A stretch of DNA of 29,934 nt. Source: a virus. Shown here one piece after another: positions 26,515 through 29,934 of this stretch. The notes under the pieces are model-generated. The model saw only the letters and a list, made by a program, of their open reading frames with translations, did no database searches and was not told the origin of the DNA. A program made the position numbers and the translations under genes. Numbering within the stretch: the first letter of the stretch is position 1; each line of letters opens with the position of its first letter. Location: IMG/VR virus record IMGVR_UViG_3300035698_018616. One strand, written 5' to 3'.

Positions 26515-27579
26515 TTATTTCTTATATCTTATTGAATCTGGCATAGGAGGATTATTAGGATCGAAATTCTTAATTAATGGGTTAGTACAAGGTTTGGGAC
26601 CGGGTTCATAATCCATTTCTCCACCAAGACTTTTAGAAATAATTTTATGTATTACAGATTTTCTTTGGTCATATGGAAATCCATCATATTCTACTTTTAA
26701 GAAATTGAATAATTCTTCTGTAGTTAGACCAACACTAAAATATCCACCATACCAATCATTTATACTACCATCACTACCTCTTAAACTACCATATTTTGTG
26801 CAATTCTTAACAAATCCTAATGTTGCCGTAAAGTTTTCTCTTGTAACTCTAACAGTACTATAACCAAGGTGTAATGCATAACCATCCTTAAATACATTAT
26901 AATTACAGGTTTTAAATCCTTCTTTAAATAAACTATAACAATAAGGAGCTGATGCCCATCCAGCGTTACCGAATGTTGATATACCATGTTCTGTCCAACT
27001 TTTCATATCACATAAAATAAGACAAGAATTTGGAAATCCACCTGTAGTCTCAGCATTATATTTGTCCTTATAATATTCAAATCTACCTGTATGATTTATC
27101 ACTATACCATCTATTCTACCTGATGATTGTCCTACAGCAAGTATCTTTTCATCAAGGTCAAAACACGGTAACATATTAGGTATAAGGTTTACACCCTTTG
27201 GTAGTATATTGGTATCGGAATCCAGTATTAAAACATATCTGGTTTTAACATATTCAAGACCGGCACTTATAGCTATACCATGACCCAGACTTGTATTTTG
27301 TTCTGGATTTTTACCTCTTGATGTTTTATTATAATATCCTAATGATTTAGGTTTACCCCCTCTTACAACTGTTACATTTAAAGATTTGTCATTTTCGAGA
27401 CTATTTAAGTAATTTAATATATTTTCTTCATCAGAGCAATCATCTACTATTACTATATTAGCATACTGTTCCTTTGGTATATAAGCAATAGCTGATTCTA
27501 ATGCCAACCTAAAAATATTATAATTATTTCTCACTGTGTAAAGTAATGTTACATTTCCTGCCATTTTATTCTCCCCCAA
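26515..27579 (-). CDS. GT2 glycosyltransferase
   Basis: IVIVDDCS, GHGIAISAGL, YVLILDSDT, ALHLG. Confidence 0.85.
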   Translation of the reverse strand: MGENKMAGNVTLLYTVRNNYNIFRLALESAIAYIPKEQYANIVIVDDCSDEENILNYLNSLENDKSLNVTVVRGGKPKSLGYYNKTSRGKNPEQNTSLGHGIAISAGLEYVKTRYVLILDSDTNILPKGVNLIPNMLPCFDLDEKILAVGQSSGRIDGIVINHTGRFEYYKDKYNAETTGGFPNSCLILCDMKSWTEHGISTFGNAGWASAPYCYSLFKEGFKTCNYNVFKDGYALHLGYSTVRVTRENFTATLGFVKNCTKYGSLRGSDGSINDWYGGYFSVGLTTEELFNFLKVEYDGFPYDQRKSVIHKIISKSLGGEMDYEPGPKPCTNPLIKNFDPNNPPMPDSIRYKK

Positions 27580-28486
27580 TCATTTCCTTTATTTCTTCTT
27601 CTGTCATTTTTTGAGTATTGAGTGTACCATAAGGTTCGGTCAATCTGTTATTTTCCCTTTCTATATTAGATACTATAAAAAAATCCCAATCCAGTATAGT
27701 AGTAAAGGGTAGTTCTCTCTCAGATATTAGATCTTCTTCGAATTTTTCCACATGAGATCTAACACCTATAAGTTCCACATCATCGGATATACTTTTAGCT
27801 AACTCATATATATTAACAGTTTTCATGTCTCCTTTAACACCCGTCCATCCACCACCATGTAGATCACACATACCAATAGATTTATATATGAATTTTGCAG
27901 CATCCTCTAAAGAAAACATCATTCTATTCATCCTTTTATCAGTAACCCTCAAAGGTATACCACCCTCTTTCATTTTTTTCCATCTCGGTATTATAGAACT
28001 ACTACTATTGGCAACATTGGCAAATCTACAAGAGATGAATTTATTTCTATCAGTGTTTGCTTCCATAAAACATTTTTCTATTAAGAATTTTGTATTGCCA
28101 TAAACACTTTTAGACTTACATGCTTTGTCAGTGCTTATATTTATAGTTATAGGAACGTGAAACCATCTACTTGCTGAAATCACATTCAAGCTACCCAATA
28201 TGTTTATCTTACAGCCTTGTATAGGATGTTGTTCTATTACTTCTATATGCTTCATTGCAGCGGTATGAATTACTATATCTGGTTTCACTTTATCATAAAC
28301 ACTATATAAAGCACATTCATCTTCAATGGAGGCTGTGTAATTAGTAACTAAAGGAAATTCATCTTTTAATTCTGCTTGTAGTTTCTCCCCCCTACTGATA
28401 TTATAGAACTCATATAGGTCATAATATTTTTTAATGAAAGCCTTACCTATTGAACCAGAACCACCTGTTATCAACACTTTTTTCAT
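27566..28486 (-). CDS. UDP-GlcNAc 4,6-dehydratase-like protein (PseB/FlaA1/CapD family)
   Basis: VLITGGSGSIG, HTAAMKHI, ISTDKAC, YGNTK, CRFANVANSSSSIIP, VTDKRMNR. Confidence 0.9.
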   Translation of the reverse strand: MKKVLITGGSGSIGKAFIKKYYDLYEFYNISRGEKLQAELKDEFPLVTNYTASIEDECALYSVYDKVKPDIVIHTAAMKHIEVIEQHPIQGCKINILGSLNVISASRWFHVPITINISTDKACKSKSVYGNTKFLIEKCFMEANTDRNKFISCRFANVANSSSSIIPRWKKMKEGGIPLRVTDKRMNRMMFSLEDAAKFIYKSIGMCDLHGGGWTGVKGDMKTVNIYELAKSISDDVELIGVRSHVEKFEEDLISERELPFTTILDWDFFIVSNIERENNRLTEPYGTLNTQKMTEEEIKEMIGGE

Positions 28487-29934
28487 TTACCCAATACCTC
28501 CTTGAACATTTTTCTATAGTTTTCTGCTTGTATCTTCCATGTCCATTTTTCTTCTACTGTTTGTCTTGCTTTCCTTCCCATCTCCTGTACTACTTCTCTA
28601 TTGTTCTTCATCCAATTTAACCGTTCTATATATGATTTAACATTCCTTTCAACCATATACCCATTAATACCCTCATTTATGAATTCTGGTACATTACCTA
28701 TCTTATTACCCACAAAACATCTACCTGTTGATGTCGCTTCCAGTAATTGATTAGGAGTACCATCCATATCAGAAGCAATCATTATCATATCAACATCATG
28801 ATAGAAAGGTGGTATTTTCCCTGGTTTTATCACATTAGGGGAGTTAAATCTACATACTTGGGATTTCAATTTTACTTCCGCTTGTCTACAAGATTCTATA
28901 ACAAATTGTACATAACCCTTCCTCGTAGTATTTTTACCCACATAACCCACTGTAAATGGTTTAGTTATGTCTCTTTCTTTAAATGCAAAAAGGGTTTCAT
29001 CAACACCATTAGGTAAGTAATATACTTCACTATAATACTTTTCTAATTCCTTTTGTAGCAATACACTATTAGCATGATGAAATTTAGAACCATCCAACAT
29101 CTGTTTCCAATTACCCCTATAACTGGTATATGTATGTGATGTTACACCTATCAATTTTTGCTCAGCTGGTATATGAGAAAGGAAATGTGAAGCACCACAA
29201 TCAAATGTAAAATACAAGTCAAACTTTTCTTTCCTATCGAACTTATCTGTTGGGGATGATTGAAAATATCTTATAAATATATTGAAATCGTCACTTAACC
29301 ATTTCTTTATATTCTTAGCTTTAACATCCCATGCCCAGCCCCTTACATCTGAAAGTATTAGTATATCAGGTTTTCCATTTTTAGATCTTTCTCTTTTTAT
29401 TATTTTTGTTGGTTCTTCCTTCTGCTTTGGTTCTTCCTTCTTCTTCTTTTGCTTTTCCCTTCTTATTACTTCTAAATCTCTTAATGTGCCTTCATCTGGA
29501 CCATATTTTATTTTCCATTCTTCTGGAGACATATCCCTTTTCATATTATTCATATCCTTTTTAAGTAGTTCAGATTTAACTTTTAGAGATTCCCTTTTCT
29601 TTATAAGGTCCCTTTCCTCATCATCAATCTTTTCTAATTCTTTAGATATATCAATTATTCTCTTTTCAATTTCACCTTTATTTGAATATTCCGTTGATTT
29701 TCTATTATTTACTATATCCCACAACATTTTTCTATAGTTTTCTGCTTGTATCTTCCATGTCCAGCTTTCTAATACAGTTTTTCTTGCAATATTACCCATT
29801 TTTATCAGTTCATTTCTATGATCACGAAAGTATAGTATTTTTTCAGCATATTTATCAACATTCTTTTCAACGAGAAATCCATTAATACCATCTTGAATAA
29901 ACTCTGGCATATTACCAACTCTATTGGATATTAT
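28483..29934 (-). CDS. multi-domain (tandem) GT4 glycosyltransferase with charged/coiled-coil linker; 5' end outside the window
   Basis: Frame open to the window edge (IISNRVGNMPEF...); two copies of GN.PEFI..GINGF/Y.VE and WTWKIQAENYRKM; second domain has HANS, LPNGVD, VGYVG, DGTPNQLLEA. Confidence 0.88.
   Translation of the reverse strand: MISNRVGNMPEFIQDGINGFLVEKNVDKYAEKILYFRDHRNELIKMGNIARKTVLESWTWKIQAENYRKMLWDIVNNRKSTEYSNKGEIEKRIIDISKELEKIDDEERDLIKKRESLKVKSELLKKDMNNMKRDMSPEEWKIKYGPDEGTLRDLEVIRREKQKKKKEEPKQKEEPTKIIKRERSKNGKPDILILSDVRGWAWDVKAKNIKKWLSDDFNIFIRYFQSSPTDKFDRKEKFDLYFTFDCGASHFLSHIPAEQKLIGVTSHTYTSYRGNWKQMLDGSKFHHANSVLLQKELEKYYSEVYYLPNGVDETLFAFKERDITKPFTVGYVGKNTTRKGYVQFVIESCRQAEVKLKSQVCRFNSPNVIKPGKIPPFYHDVDMIMIASDMDGTPNQLLEATSTGRCFVGNKIGNVPEFINEGINGYMVERNVKSYIERLNWMKNNREVVQEMGRKARQTVEEKWTWKIQAENYRKMFKEVLGK
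28505..28545. repeat. 41-bp perfect direct repeat (other copy at 29723-29763)
   Basis: aacatttttctatagttttctgcttgtatcttccatgtcca is identical at both sites. Confidence 0.92.

Noticed and set aside
4838-29885. Plus-strand ORFs inside the minus-strand cluster (e.g. 4838, 4965, 5233, 9932, 12180, 14109, 17788, 19889, 21104, 21711, 21749, 24941, 25160, 27825, 28747, 29282, 29682) and the off-frame minus ORFs at 8944 and 25297
   Set aside because: They overlap motif-bearing or better-supported genes, and their F/S/I/L-rich composition is typical of antisense reading of AT-rich codons.
1-29934. CRISPR array, transposase, integrase, intron/intein or alternative genetic code
   Set aside because: No spaced repeats or mobile-element motifs. 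Genes translate fully in the standard code with TAA, TAG and TGA all used as stops, and the broken genes are frameshifts rather than read-through stops.

Overview
This is AT-rich, densely coded DNA with Shine-Dalgarno starts and many ATGA/TAATG gene overlaps, and it reads as part of a large T4-like (jumbo) phage genome. Positions 1-4.4 kb (+ strand) hold a UvsX/RecA recombinase, small hypothetical ORFs, a divergent GT-B-like protein and a GT2 glycosyltransferase. From 4.4 kb to the window end (- strand, open at the right edge) lies one ~25 kb co-oriented glycan-biosynthesis cluster. It has about 8 glycosyltransferase genes (GT2, CgeB-like GT-B, GT-D, tandem GT4) and WbpB/WbpD/WbpG-like, DegT, formyltransferase and 4,6-dehydratase nucleotide-sugar enzymes. 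It also has UDP-sulfoquinovose synthase, a minimal APS kinase, a sulfotransferase, methyltransferases and a WbdD-like kinase-methyltransferase fusion. No flippase, polymerase, ABC exporter or membrane priming transferase is seen in the window. Further features not in the ORF track: (1) 4-5 unrelated mini-proteins share a C-terminal tag W-x-[DE]-[IV]-x-K-[LM]-F-x-E-[EK]-L-stop, and one of them begins with a tail-sheath N-terminal motif; (2) two tailoring genes are frameshifted by 7- and 8-bp tandem repeats; (3) perfect 41- and 56-bp DNA patches are shared between diverged paralogues; (4) there is a sulfotransferase remnant and a very acidic 45-aa peptide. All functional calls come from motif recognition by eye; no database searches were run.
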